DNA of 64,000 nt, from positions 1,472,001-1,536,000 of the forward strand of contig CAXWPH010000015.1 of NCBI GenBank assembly GCA_963666055.2. The letters are read 5' to 3'. The first letter of the stretch is position 1, and every line of letters starts with the position of its first letter. Below are positions 39,757-49,042 of the stretch, in pieces. The notes under the pieces were generated by a model. The model made no database searches. It saw nothing but the letters and a program-made list of their open reading frames with translations, and had not been told where the DNA came from. This DNA comes from Acidobacteriota bacterium (GTDB taxonomy: Bacteria > Acidobacteriota > UBA890 > WLXD01). The position numbers and the translations under genes were made by a program.

Positions 39757-40134
39757 TTACCAGAGAGTGGCGATGCCGTATTCGGCAAACTCCGCATCAC
39801 CGGTGATGCAGACGAGCCCCTCGGTCTGGGACTGCGCGATCAGCATCCGATCGAACGGGTCGGGGTGATGCGGTGGCAGGTCGGCGGCGCGCTGCGCGTG
39901 TCGAGCTTCCATCGGAAGCTCCAGGAAGTCGTTCTCGGCGATCTCCGCCTCCAGGTCGGCGTCTTCGACCCTGAGTCGTCCGAGCTGTCGTTTTATCGCC
40001 AGCTCCCAGATGGTGGCGGCGCTGACAAACACCACCGAGCGGGGCTCGGCGATCGCTTGGCGGGCCGCGGGCGGAAGCGAGCGATGGTCCATCAACCACC
40101 ACAGGTAGGCACGGCTGTCGAGCAACAACCTCAA
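39757..40134 (-). CDS. vapC: VapC PIN toxin
   Basis: LLLDS..VSAATIWELAIK..HPDPFDRMLIAQ. Confidence 0.92.
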   Translation of the reverse strand: MRLLLDSRAYLWWLMDHRSLPPAARQAIAEPRSVVFVSAATIWELAIKRQLGRLRVEDADLEAEIAENDFLELPMEARHAQRAADLPPHHPDPFDRMLIAQSQTEGLVCITGDAEFAEYGIATLW

Positions 40135-40137
40135 GGC

Positions 40138-40368
40138 TCAGTCCGCGCGAAACGGTTTCGCGATCTCGTCTGGGAGCGGATCGTCGAAATCCAGCCCGAT
40201 GTGGATCTTGTCCTGAAGCCGGCCGGGTCGACGTGGCGGTCCCCCGATCGGTACGAGACGGGCAATCGGCTGGCCGTTCTTGGCGATGATGATGTCCTCG
40301 CCCGCCAGTACCCGCTCGAGAACGCGCGAAAGGTGGGTCTTGGCCTCGTGAATGTTGACGATCCGCAT
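40138..40368 (-). CDS. Phd/YefM antitoxin
   Basis: VNIHEAKTHLSRVLERV..GEDIIIAKNGQPIARLVP..DFDDPLP; GGAG RBS. Confidence 0.92.
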   Translation of the reverse strand: MRIVNIHEAKTHLSRVLERVLAGEDIIIAKNGQPIARLVPIGGPPRRPGRLQDKIHIGLDFDDPLPDEIAKPFRAD

Positions 40369-40482
40369 CGTCGGTTCTCCCGCGTCTGCGTCGCGTCGGG
40401 GCAGGGTCCAACGCGTAGGGGCCCGGGTCACCCTGGCTGAAAGAGTGCCCCGGGACTCTCGAAAGGGGCATGAGTCGCTGCT

Positions 40483-40511
40483 ATCTTAGCTAAGTCGACT
40501 TAGTCAATCAA
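40483..40511 (-). promoter_or_regulatory. Sigma70-like promoter with palindromic operator
   Basis: Minus strand TTGATT-17 nt-TAAGAT; perfect palindrome CTAAGTCGACTTAG (40490-40503) in the spacer. Confidence 0.6.
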
Positions 40512-40619
40512 GGCCGACGCCCCGATTCCTCGAGGGCGCCGCGCCATTCGGCCCGGTGGGGCTGCGCATCGTCAGAACGTTCTAGGATCTGCGCCCGGAG
40601 TGCCCCTAGAATCCGTCTC

Positions 40620-41441
40620 ATGGACGGATCGATTCCAGACACCAATCTCGCTCCCCAGCCGATCGGGCTCCCCGGCTGGGCGCAGCGCCTGAAGGACTCC
40701 CGTCAGCGGCGCGCCGGGCGCCGGTGCGAGCGACGGTCAGCGCGCCGGCGGCAACGTTCTGGTTCCGAGCGTCGGGTCTCGCCAGCCGCGGAAGCTTCTA
40801 GCCTAGGGCGTCTGACCGAGGTGCCAGAGGACGTGCAGCTGGCCGGCGTCGTCGCCCGCGGCCTACTCGTGCTGCTGCTCGTCAAGACTACGTGGTGGAT
40901 GATCGGCAACTTTGATATGACCACCATCGGGGCCATCGGTCCTAACGCTGATCCGCCGACATTCGTGTTTCGGGTTCTGTCGGGCGCTAACCTGATCTTC
41001 CACGAGGCGGGTCACGCGCTGTTCAGCGTCTGCGGCCGTTTCCTGCAGGTGCTCGGTGGCTCGTTGATGGAGATCTCGTTGCCGTGGATATGCGGCATGG
41101 CGCTGCTGTTCTCGCGCCGCGACACCTTCGGCGCTGCGGTAACCGCCTGGTGGGGCGGGGAGGCGCTCGTCGGGTTGGGTCCCTATATCTACGACGCGCG
41201 CGAGCAAGTGCAGCCGTTGCTCGGTGGCGTCATCGGACAGGATCGCCCCGGCTATCACGACTGGAACAACCTGCTGTCGTGGACCGGGTTGCTGCGCTTC
41301 GACCATGCCATCGCCGGGCTGGCGAAGACAATCGGCTACGGGGTCATGTTGCTGGGACTTGCCTGGAGCTGCTGGCTGCTGCAGCGGCAGTTTCTGGCCA
41401 GCCGGGTGCCGTCAGTGGACGGTCTTGGAGCTCTCGACTGA
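40620..41441 (+). CDS. Membrane protein with HExxH motif (M50-like zinc peptidase)
   Basis: NLIFHEAGHALF, LGGSL, YIYDAR and HDWNNLL, with several hydrophobic segments. Confidence 0.7.
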   Translation: MDGSIPDTNLAPQPIGLPGWAQRLKDSRQRRAGRRCERRSARRRQRSGSERRVSPAAEASSLGRLTEVPEDVQLAGVVARGLLVLLLVKTTWWMIGNFDMTTIGAIGPNADPPTFVFRVLSGANLIFHEAGHALFSVCGRFLQVLGGSLMEISLPWICGMALLFSRRDTFGAAVTAWWGGEALVGLGPYIYDAREQVQPLLGGVIGQDRPGYHDWNNLLSWTGLLRFDHAIAGLAKTIGYGVMLLGLAWSCWLLQRQFLASRVPSVDGLGALD

Positions 41442-41795
41442 CGCGCCGTTCAGGAAGATGCGGCGCACCCGCGAGGTCATCAGCTCGCCCTCGGGCAAGC
41501 GCAACACCAGCTTGAAGCCCGGCATGACGAAGGCGCGTCGCAGCGCCGTGCCGGTTCCCGACAGGGTTGTTCCGAGTAGCCGCGCGGCAACGTGCTCGTT
41601 GATGAAGTTGCCGCTGCCGCTGGCCTTGACCTCTCCGAGCTCCGGATCTACGAACGCCAGCGTATAGACGCTGTGCGCCGTTTCTACCACCAGCTCGTCA
41701 CCGGCACGCAGCACGCGCGTGTCGAGGCCGTCTCGGTCATCGACCACGTCGAGCCCGTGCTCGGTTCCAGGTGAGGTGTGGAAACCAGTGTCCAT
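41412..41795 (-). CDS. Hypothetical small beta-rich protein
   Basis: GAGG RBS and protein-like composition (VETAHSVY..TSRVRRI). Confidence 0.65.
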   Translation of the reverse strand: MDTGFHTSPGTEHGLDVVDDRDGLDTRVLRAGDELVVETAHSVYTLAFVDPELGEVKASGSGNFINEHVAARLLGTTLSGTGTALRRAFVMPGFKLVLRLPEGELMTSRVRRIFLNGASVESSKTVH

Positions 41796-41839
41796 AGCCT
41801 CAGCTTAACCCGCGGTGCCGCCTTTTTCCGCCTGGCGCT

Positions 41840-44605
41840 TCAGCGCGGCGGCGCTAGCCGCCGCAGCTCCTCGAACCAGTTCACCACCACCTGCGCCAGC
41901 TCGACGTTGGGGGCATCCTCGGCGTCGGTGTCGGGAAACATCAGGAAGCGGCCGTCGGGAGCGACGTCGTAGTCGGCAAAGCCGCCGCCCGAGAGCGCCA
42001 ACCCGCCGTAGCCGCCGTAGAAGTCGCCACGAAACAGCTGCCGCGGCCGCGAGCGGGAAAAGGCGGTCTCCGTGGTCACCACATCGACCACCACCACGCC
42101 CTCATCGTTGCGATAGAACAGCTCGCGCCCATCCGACGACCAGCGAGCGTAGGCCCCGCCGCTGTCCGACACTTGCCACTTGCCGCCCGCCGGCGGGAAC
42201 GGTCGGATGTAGATCTGCACCTGGCCGCTCTCGTTGGATTGGTAAGCGACCCAGCGACCGTCCGGGGAGAATGCCGCCTCCAGCTCGGCAAACTCGGTGA
42301 CGAGGAACTGGTGCACCTCTCCGCTATCTTCCTGCAGGTCGAGGTAGCCGATGTCGTTGCCGGCGCGCCAGCCTTCCGCCGTGTCTTCCGGACCGCTGCG
42401 CGTTGTCAGCACGTAACGTCCGTCCGACGACCAGTCGCTGACGAACAGCGCCGCCGGATAGTCGGTCAGGCGCTCGATCTCCCCCGAGCCGTCGGCGCGC
42501 TTGCGGTACAGGTTATCCGTTCCATCGCGGTCGGAGGAGAAGATCAGGTCCGTACCGTCGGGTGACCAGACGGCAGGACCCTCGATGCCCTCCGGGAACG
42601 TCAGGCGGGTCCGTACGCCGAGCCCTACGTCATACACCCAGATGTCCCAATTGTCGTTGGTCAGCTCCATCATCGCCACCTTGCTGCCATCCGGCGCAAC
42701 GCGTGCCTCGGCGTAGGTACGCAGCTCGGTGAGAAACGGCTCGGCTTCGCCCTGCCGACCGATCCAGCTCCCCGGGTACGTCGGGTCGACGGTGGCTCCC
42801 GTTCTGTACATCAGCACGCCGGTATCCGAGACGGTGTACTGCGAGCCACCGCTGCTGGTGGAGTACGCCAGGTTCTGCACCACCGGGACGGCGCTGCCCA
42901 CCACTTCCAGCGCATCGAGATCGAAGGGGATGGCGAACAGCGTTCCGCTATTTGCGTAGACGAGATGCCCGGACGACAGGTAGCGGGCGTCGGAGCCGCC
43001 GCGGTGCACCGTCGTTCGAACGCCGGTCTCCATGTCAACGACGTCGATGTTGGCTGCGTTGAAGTCGCTCCCCGCCTGCGTATGGGCGGTAAACAGCACG
43101 CTCTTGCCGTCGGGCAGCACTCGCGGCCAGCGATGCGTGACATCCTGGCGCGCCTCGTCGAGTGTGGTCAGCTGGGTCGGCTCACCGCCGTTGGCGGAGA
43201 CACGCCACGAGGCGCTCGCCGCCGACGGGGCGTAGACGATGGTGCCATCAGCTGCCCAGCTGGCGCCGCGGCCGAGGTTGATCGTGGCGATCTGCTGTGC
43301 GGTACCTCCGGAGGTCGGGATCTTCAGCAGCGCCGAGTTGGTGAGGTAGCCGATCCACTCCGAGTCGGGCGAGAAAAAGGGCTGGTAGGCGCCGTTGGCG
43401 GCAATCTCGCCAAAGGCCACATCGTCGAGTCGGCGTGCGTGTAGCCGCGTGGTTCCTGTGGTTCCCGTCGCCACGGCCACATATTCGCCGTTGGGCGAAA
43501 GCGCCATCGAGGAACCCGAGCGCGCCGAGGAGAACAGCGGATCGTCGACGCTGAGCGTCATTTCCATGCGAAGGATCGCAGCGGCGCTCTGGACGCCGGC
43601 GTGCGGTCGCAGGTCGGCTGCCCACATCAGTCCCAACAGCGCCGCAACTCCCCAAGGCGCCCAGCGCATCCAGCCGGCGGGAGCGACGGCATCGGTGCCG
43701 GCGTCGAGGATCGCCTCGGCCGCCACCGGATCTTCCAGATACTCCTCGATCGATACCCTCGCGTCGCCGATCGACTGGATACGCCGGTCGACGTCCTTGC
43801 GCAGACACCGTTGCAGCAAGGCGCGGATGCGGCGTGGGGTCTCCTGCGGCAATGCCTTCCAGTCGGGCTCGCGGTGCACGATCGCGCCGCGAACATCGGT
43901 CACCGTTTCACCGCCGAACACACGGTCTCCGGTCAGCATCTCGTAGAGGACGGCGCCGAACGCCCAGATGTCGGCGCGGCGATCCACCGGCTTGCCGCGC
44001 GCCTGCTCCGGGCTCATGTAGCCGGCCGTTCCCATGATCATGCCGGCCTGGGTGGCTTCGAGCATGGTCGGCGAGGCGCTGACCTGGAGCGAAGAGGAGA
44101 TCATGCTGTCGGCCGCGAACGCCTTGGCGAGCCCGAAGTCGAGCAGCTTGACGTCGTCGCTCGGCGACAGCACGACGTTCGCCGGCTTCAGATCGCGATG
44201 CACGATGCCGTGCTCGTGGGCGGTTTCGAGCGCGCGGGCGATCTGCAGGGCGATCGCCAGCGCCTCATCCACCGGTATAGGGCCCTGATCGATGCGCGCC
44301 GCCAGCGTCTCTCCCTCGGCAAGCTGCATCACCAGCAGCCGTACCGGGCTGCCGCCGTCCTCCGGTGTTGCTTCTTCGAGGCCGTAGATCGCGGCGATGT
44401 TGGCATGCTCTACCTGTGCCAGTACCTGCGCCTCACGCTCGAGCCTGGCGAGCCGCTCAGGGTTCTGTGCCAACGCCGGCGGGAGCACCTTGATCGCTAC
44501 TTCGCGCTTGAGCGTCTCGTCGAGGGCGCGGTACACCTGCCCCATGCCGCCCTCGCCGATCTTGGCAACGATGCGGTAGTGGTTCAGCTTGGAGTCGATC
44601 TTCAT
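41840..44605 (-). CDS. Hanks-type Ser/Thr kinase with TM segment and PD40/TolB-like propeller
   Basis: GEGGMGQVY, AIK, HRDLKPAN, DFGLAK, YMSPEQ and repeated FSPDG/WSPDG. Confidence 0.95.
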   Translation of the reverse strand: MKIDSKLNHYRIVAKIGEGGMGQVYRALDETLKREVAIKVLPPALAQNPERLARLEREAQVLAQVEHANIAAIYGLEEATPEDGGSPVRLLVMQLAEGETLAARIDQGPIPVDEALAIALQIARALETAHEHGIVHRDLKPANVVLSPSDDVKLLDFGLAKAFAADSMISSSLQVSASPTMLEATQAGMIMGTAGYMSPEQARGKPVDRRADIWAFGAVLYEMLTGDRVFGGETVTDVRGAIVHREPDWKALPQETPRRIRALLQRCLRKDVDRRIQSIGDARVSIEEYLEDPVAAEAILDAGTDAVAPAGWMRWAPWGVAALLGLMWAADLRPHAGVQSAAAILRMEMTLSVDDPLFSSARSGSSMALSPNGEYVAVATGTTGTTRLHARRLDDVAFGEIAANGAYQPFFSPDSEWIGYLTNSALLKIPTSGGTAQQIATINLGRGASWAADGTIVYAPSAASASWRVSANGGEPTQLTTLDEARQDVTHRWPRVLPDGKSVLFTAHTQAGSDFNAANIDVVDMETGVRTTVHRGGSDARYLSSGHLVYANSGTLFAIPFDLDALEVVGSAVPVVQNLAYSTSSGGSQYTVSDTGVLMYRTGATVDPTYPGSWIGRQGEAEPFLTELRTYAEARVAPDGSKVAMMELTNDNWDIWVYDVGLGVRTRLTFPEGIEGPAVWSPDGTDLIFSSDRDGTDNLYRKRADGSGEIERLTDYPAALFVSDWSSDGRYVLTTRSGPEDTAEGWRAGNDIGYLDLQEDSGEVHQFLVTEFAELEAAFSPDGRWVAYQSNESGQVQIYIRPFPPAGGKWQVSDSGGAYARWSSDGRELFYRNDEGVVVVDVVTTETAFSRSRPRQLFRGDFYGGYGGLALSGGGFADYDVAPDGRFLMFPDTDAEDAPNVELAQVVVNWFEELRRLAPPR

Positions 44606-44659
44606 ACAGCCTCGGATTCTCGCTTCATGTCAATTTCGTTCGTGTAGGCCGATTGCATG

Positions 44660-46876
44660 CTACTCGCTGAAGATCCTGCCGAACAGCGCTCGCACCGGCT
44701 CGTGCCGCTTCACCACGATCACCGAGCAGTTCGACCGGCGCGCCACCTCTTCGGGCATCGTCCCGAACAGTACACGCGTAGTGAAGCTCTGGTGCGTCGC
44801 GCCCACGAAGACGGCGCCGTAGTTGGCAGACTCCGCGATGATCGCACCGCTGGCCGCGCGGTGTCGCAGGATCTTGATACTCACATCGGGCACCTGATCC
44901 AGTCGCGCCTTGGCCGCTTCGAGCCGGGCGGTCTCCTGCTCGACCCGCGCCTCGGAGTCATTCGGAGATACCACGGCGCAGAGGGTTATCGAGGCGCCCT
45001 TGGAAGATGCGACCAACGCCGCATAGTCCTCGGCGCGTGTCGCATGAATACCGCCGTCGGTGGCAACGAGGATGGCCTCCTTCGGGCGCCGATCGGGTCC
45101 CAAGCGCACCATGATGATGTCGGTGGTGGCATCGTTTACGACATGATCTGTTATCTCGCCGAGGATGCGGCGCGCGGTCGACGTGCGGCCCTTCCAGCCG
45201 AGCACGATGAGCTTGCTGTTGCCCTGGTGTGCCGCTTCGAGGATTGCTCGTCCGGCATTGCGGCCGACCCTGACCTGCGAGCTCACCGGGATATCGAACG
45301 CCAGCGCCCGCTTGCGGCTAGCAGCCAGGATCTTCTCCTCGTGCTGCACGTACGCCTCGGCCAGGCGGGGTTGTAGCTGGTCGGGCACCAGCACCACTCG
45401 TAGCAGCACGATCTCGCCTTGTCGCGGTGCGGCAATCGCTCCGGCAAGGTCCACTAGGGCGTTCGCGGTACCAGGATTGGCGATTGGAACCAGCACCCGG
45501 AACGCCGACTCTTCCGGAGCCGACCGTTCTGCCAGCAAGCGCGACGGCGTTTCCTCCGGGACCTCGGTGACGAACTCGGTTCCCTTCCAGATCAGGAACC
45601 CGACGATTCCCGCCAACAGGGCCGCCCCGGCGAGCGCCACCGGGACGACGTGCCCCTGCAGCGGGATCTGTACCAGCAGATAGATGTTGGCGGCGATTCC
45701 GAGGGCCGGTAGCAGCGGTACGAGCGGAACCCGAAAAGGGCGCTCCAGGTCGGGGAACTGGCGTCGGTGGCGGATCAGCGCCACGTTGACCAGGGTCAGG
45801 GCGATCAACAGCACGCAGTCGGCGAAGTGTGCCAGGCTCTCGAGCGGCAGCGCCAACGCGAAGCCACCGATCGCTGCCGCCACCAGCACCAGGGCCACAA
45901 TCGGCGTGCCGGTGCGGGCGTTGATCGAGCCGATGCGGTGCGGGAGGTGGCGTCGGAGGCTCATTGACATGGCCACCCGGGAGCCGGCAATGATCGACGC
46001 GTTGGAAGCGGAGATCATCGAAAAAAGTGCGCCGAGCACGATCACCATGCCGCCCACCGGCCCGAGAAACGCGCGTGCCGTGACGCCCATGGCTGACTCG
46101 GTGTATTCGGTCAGGTTCGCGGTCACGATGACCAGGACCACGGCCGAGTACAGCACCGTGACGAAGATCATCGAGATGAAGATCGCGCGCGGCACCGTCT
46201 TGGTCGGATTGCGAACTTCGCCGGCTGATGCCGCAATGGCCGAGAAGCCGAAGAACGTGATGAACACCAGCGCGGCGGTGCTGGTGATCGCTCCCGGGTC
46301 GGTGCTGAACCGATCGACGATCGTCTGCGTTTCGATCTGTGGCAGGCCTCCGGAGACGAACCACAGCAGCAGGATGATCTTGGCGGCGGTCACCAGCACC
46401 TGGAACGTACCGCTCTCCTTGGTGCCCTTCAGGTTCAGCAACGTGAGGGCGGCGAGGAAGATCAGCCCGGCGAGCCTTTCGAAGGGCAGGTGCCAGATGA
46501 ACTCGTTGAAATAGGTCGACAGGCTGGCGATGTAGAAGCCGCATGACGAGGTGTAGCCGAGCAGCAGACACCAGCCGACGAAATACGCTGTCGGCGGCGA
46601 GAACGTCTTGCGGGCGTAAAGGTACCCTTCTCCCGACTGCGGGTAGATAGAGGCGAACTCGCAGTAGCTCAACGCCGTCAGGCTGGCTACCACCGCCGCC
46701 AGCAGGAACGAGGCGATGGCGGCAGAGCCGACGTAGCTGATCGCCAGGCCGGAGAGCGTAAAGATGCCCGCCGCGATCATCGTTCCGGTGCCGATCGCCA
46801 GCGCGCTGACCAGCCCCAGGTCGCGGCTCAGCTCGGCGTGAACTTGCCCATCGAGATGCGTGTCAGCGTCATCCAC
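44660..46876 (-). CDS. APC amino acid permease fused to two universal-stress domains
   Basis: GTMIAAGIF, FITFFGFS, RPFRVP, then VLVPIANP and ILVATDGG..LFGTMPEEVA. Confidence 0.88.
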   Translation of the reverse strand: MDDADTHLDGQVHAELSRDLGLVSALAIGTGTMIAAGIFTLSGLAISYVGSAAIASFLLAAVVASLTALSYCEFASIYPQSGEGYLYARKTFSPPTAYFVGWCLLLGYTSSCGFYIASLSTYFNEFIWHLPFERLAGLIFLAALTLLNLKGTKESGTFQVLVTAAKIILLLWFVSGGLPQIETQTIVDRFSTDPGAITSTAALVFITFFGFSAIAASAGEVRNPTKTVPRAIFISMIFVTVLYSAVVLVIVTANLTEYTESAMGVTARAFLGPVGGMVIVLGALFSMISASNASIIAGSRVAMSMSLRRHLPHRIGSINARTGTPIVALVLVAAAIGGFALALPLESLAHFADCVLLIALTLVNVALIRHRRQFPDLERPFRVPLVPLLPALGIAANIYLLVQIPLQGHVVPVALAGAALLAGIVGFLIWKGTEFVTEVPEETPSRLLAERSAPEESAFRVLVPIANPGTANALVDLAGAIAAPRQGEIVLLRVVLVPDQLQPRLAEAYVQHEEKILAASRKRALAFDIPVSSQVRVGRNAGRAILEAAHQGNSKLIVLGWKGRTSTARRILGEITDHVVNDATTDIIMVRLGPDRRPKEAILVATDGGIHATRAEDYAALVASSKGASITLCAVVSPNDSEARVEQETARLEAAKARLDQVPDVSIKILRHRAASGAIIAESANYGAVFVGATHQSFTTRVLFGTMPEEVARRSNCSVIVVKRHEPVRALFGRIFSE

Positions 46877-46946
46877 GGCGGCAAATCCTACAACGTCAGG
46901 GTATGCGGCACCGGGGGCTCGCAGGCCACACTTCCGCCACGGCCCG

Positions 46947-48026
46947 CTAGCTTGCCTCGGCGGCCGCTTCGACCGGCTGCGTGTAGATCGTCTGCGTCGG
47001 GAAGGCGAACTCCAGGCCTTCAGCGTTGAAGCGCTCCAGGATGGCGAGGTTCATCCGGGTCTGTGTCTCCGTCACATCGGCGTCGGCAAGGATGTAGTAC
47101 TGAAACAGGATGTTCATGGCGAAGTCACCGAAGGCGTTGAACGCGATGACGGCCTCACGCGCTTGCAGGTCGGCGTGCTCGGTGGCGATCTCGCGCAGGA
47201 TATCCATGGCGCGCTGCATCGCTTCCGGCGTGGTGTCGTAGGTGAGGCCGAGGTTCAGCTTGACGCGGCGCGACGGCTCTCGGCTGACGTTCTCCACTGG
47301 CGAGTTGGCGATCGTGGAGTTGGGGATCGTTACCTCACGGCCGGCGAACGTCTGGATGCGCGTGCTGCGCAACCCGATCTCACGCACAGTGCCCTCGTAG
47401 CCACCCGCCTTGATCCAGTCGTTCGTACCGAAGGGCCGGTCGGTGAAGATCGTGAAGCCGCCGAAGACGTTCTTGACGGTGTCCTGCGCTGCCATCGCCA
47501 TCGCCAGGCCGCCGATGCCGAGGCCGGCGATCAACGCCGCCACGTCGTAACCGGCGTTGTTGAGCGCCACGATGATGCCCAGCGACCAGATAACTGCTTT
47601 GCCGCCTTTGCGTACGATCGGCAGGAGTTGATCGTCGAGGTCGCTGTCGGTTTCCTGCACCAGAGGTTCGAGTGCCATGCGGATTAGGGTGTCGAAGATC
47701 CTCGCCGCCATCGCTGCGACCGACAGCATCATGACGATCTGGACGATGTTCCACGCGGGCCCGAGCATGGTCTCGGGCAGCGTCAGGGTGCGGATTGCCA
47801 CCCAGAGCCCCACGGCGGTTATCAGCACGACGACAGGCTTGTCGAGGATATCGACGAGCGCGTCGTCGAGCTTGGTGGCCGTGCGACGCGTTAGTCGCCG
47901 GACAACGTTGCCGAAGAGCCAGTACACGACCTTGCCCACGAGGAACGTCCCCACCGTGATGGCAAGCGCCGTGGCCCACTGGTTGATGGTGTTGCCGTAG
48001 TACGTTTGCGAAAGGAGTTCCTGCAT
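46947..48026 (-). CDS. mscS: Small-conductance mechanosensitive channel
   Basis: LIAGLGIGGLAMAMAAQDT, DRPF, IGLRSTRI, IPNS and FAFPTQT. Confidence 0.93.
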   Translation of the reverse strand: MQELLSQTYYGNTINQWATALAITVGTFLVGKVVYWLFGNVVRRLTRRTATKLDDALVDILDKPVVVLITAVGLWVAIRTLTLPETMLGPAWNIVQIVMMLSVAAMAARIFDTLIRMALEPLVQETDSDLDDQLLPIVRKGGKAVIWSLGIIVALNNAGYDVAALIAGLGIGGLAMAMAAQDTVKNVFGGFTIFTDRPFGTNDWIKAGGYEGTVREIGLRSTRIQTFAGREVTIPNSTIANSPVENVSREPSRRVKLNLGLTYDTTPEAMQRAMDILREIATEHADLQAREAVIAFNAFGDFAMNILFQYYILADADVTETQTRMNLAILERFNAEGLEFAFPTQTIYTQPVEAAAEAS

Positions 48027-48101
48027 GGGTGCGCTCCGCGGTCAGGCGCGGATGCGGAGACGATCGCGCGCCGAGTCCTGCATGCTTGCCTGCGCGGGAC
48101 T

Positions 48102-49032
48102 CTAACCCGGAGTCTCGTGCGTCGTTGGTGGCCGGCTGGCCGAGAGCCAGCGAGCGTCGAGCTCATCGATGGTGGCACAGCCAATCTGCGTGAGGATGTC
48201 CTCGAGCCCCTCCCGCAGGATCGCCACGGCGTGATCACCTCCCGGCTTCCCGAGCGCCGCAACGCCATAGATGAACGCTCTGCCGCAGAACACGAGCTGC
48301 GCCCCGTGGGCCAGGCAACGGGCAACGTCGAGGCCGCTCATTACGCCGCTGTCGATCATGATCGTGGTGCGGTCGCCAACGGCAGCGCGAATCGCCGGCA
48401 ATGCGGCTAGCGGCGTGGGCGCCGCGTCGAGCTGGCGCCCCCCGTGGTTGGAGACGATCAGGCCGTCGGCGCCGGCGTCCACAGCGCGTCGGGCGTCGTC
48501 GGGATGGAGAATCCCCTTGAGCACGAACGGCCCCGACCACCGTGCGCGGATCGCCTCGATCGCCTTCCAGGACAGCGGGCGGCGCAAGAACTGCTCCCCG
48601 ACGTAGCTTTCCAGTGACGTAGAGCTGGAACCAGGCGCGCGGCCCCGCCAACTCGCCGATCTCTTCCATTTCGACGGTCGATAGCGTGCTCAGGCAATAC
48701 GGAATGCCGGCCCGCGCCGCTGCCGCCGCCAGAATCAGCTCGGCGCCGGGCCACATGAGCCCGCTGAGCCCGATCGGCGCGATACCGAACGGCAGCTCGT
48801 AGCGCTGTCCGAACAACTCCGTCGACAGCTCCAACGAGGTCACGTCGACCATGAACCGCGGTGTCAAGGTCACGGCGTCCAAGCGAGCGCGGTTGCGCTC
48901 GAGACATACCTCGCGCCCGCTGGCTCCCTGCAAGTAATCGAACGCGAAGCGCGGAATTCGCCGTTCGGCGGTGCGCGCCAGGTCCTCGATCGAGGGGTGA
49001 CGCCGCATCATGGGGCTGGGCGAGTAATCCAT
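48102..49032 (-). pseudogene. FMN alpha-hydroxy-acid oxidase (LldD/MdlB-like) with internal deletion and frameshift
   Basis: N-half ends at WFQLYV. Near 48616 another frame continues LESYVGEQF..LSW..VLKGI..SNHGGRQLD. The LTVD..RERD segment is missing. Confidence 0.8.
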
Positions 49033-49042
49033 CAGGCCACCG

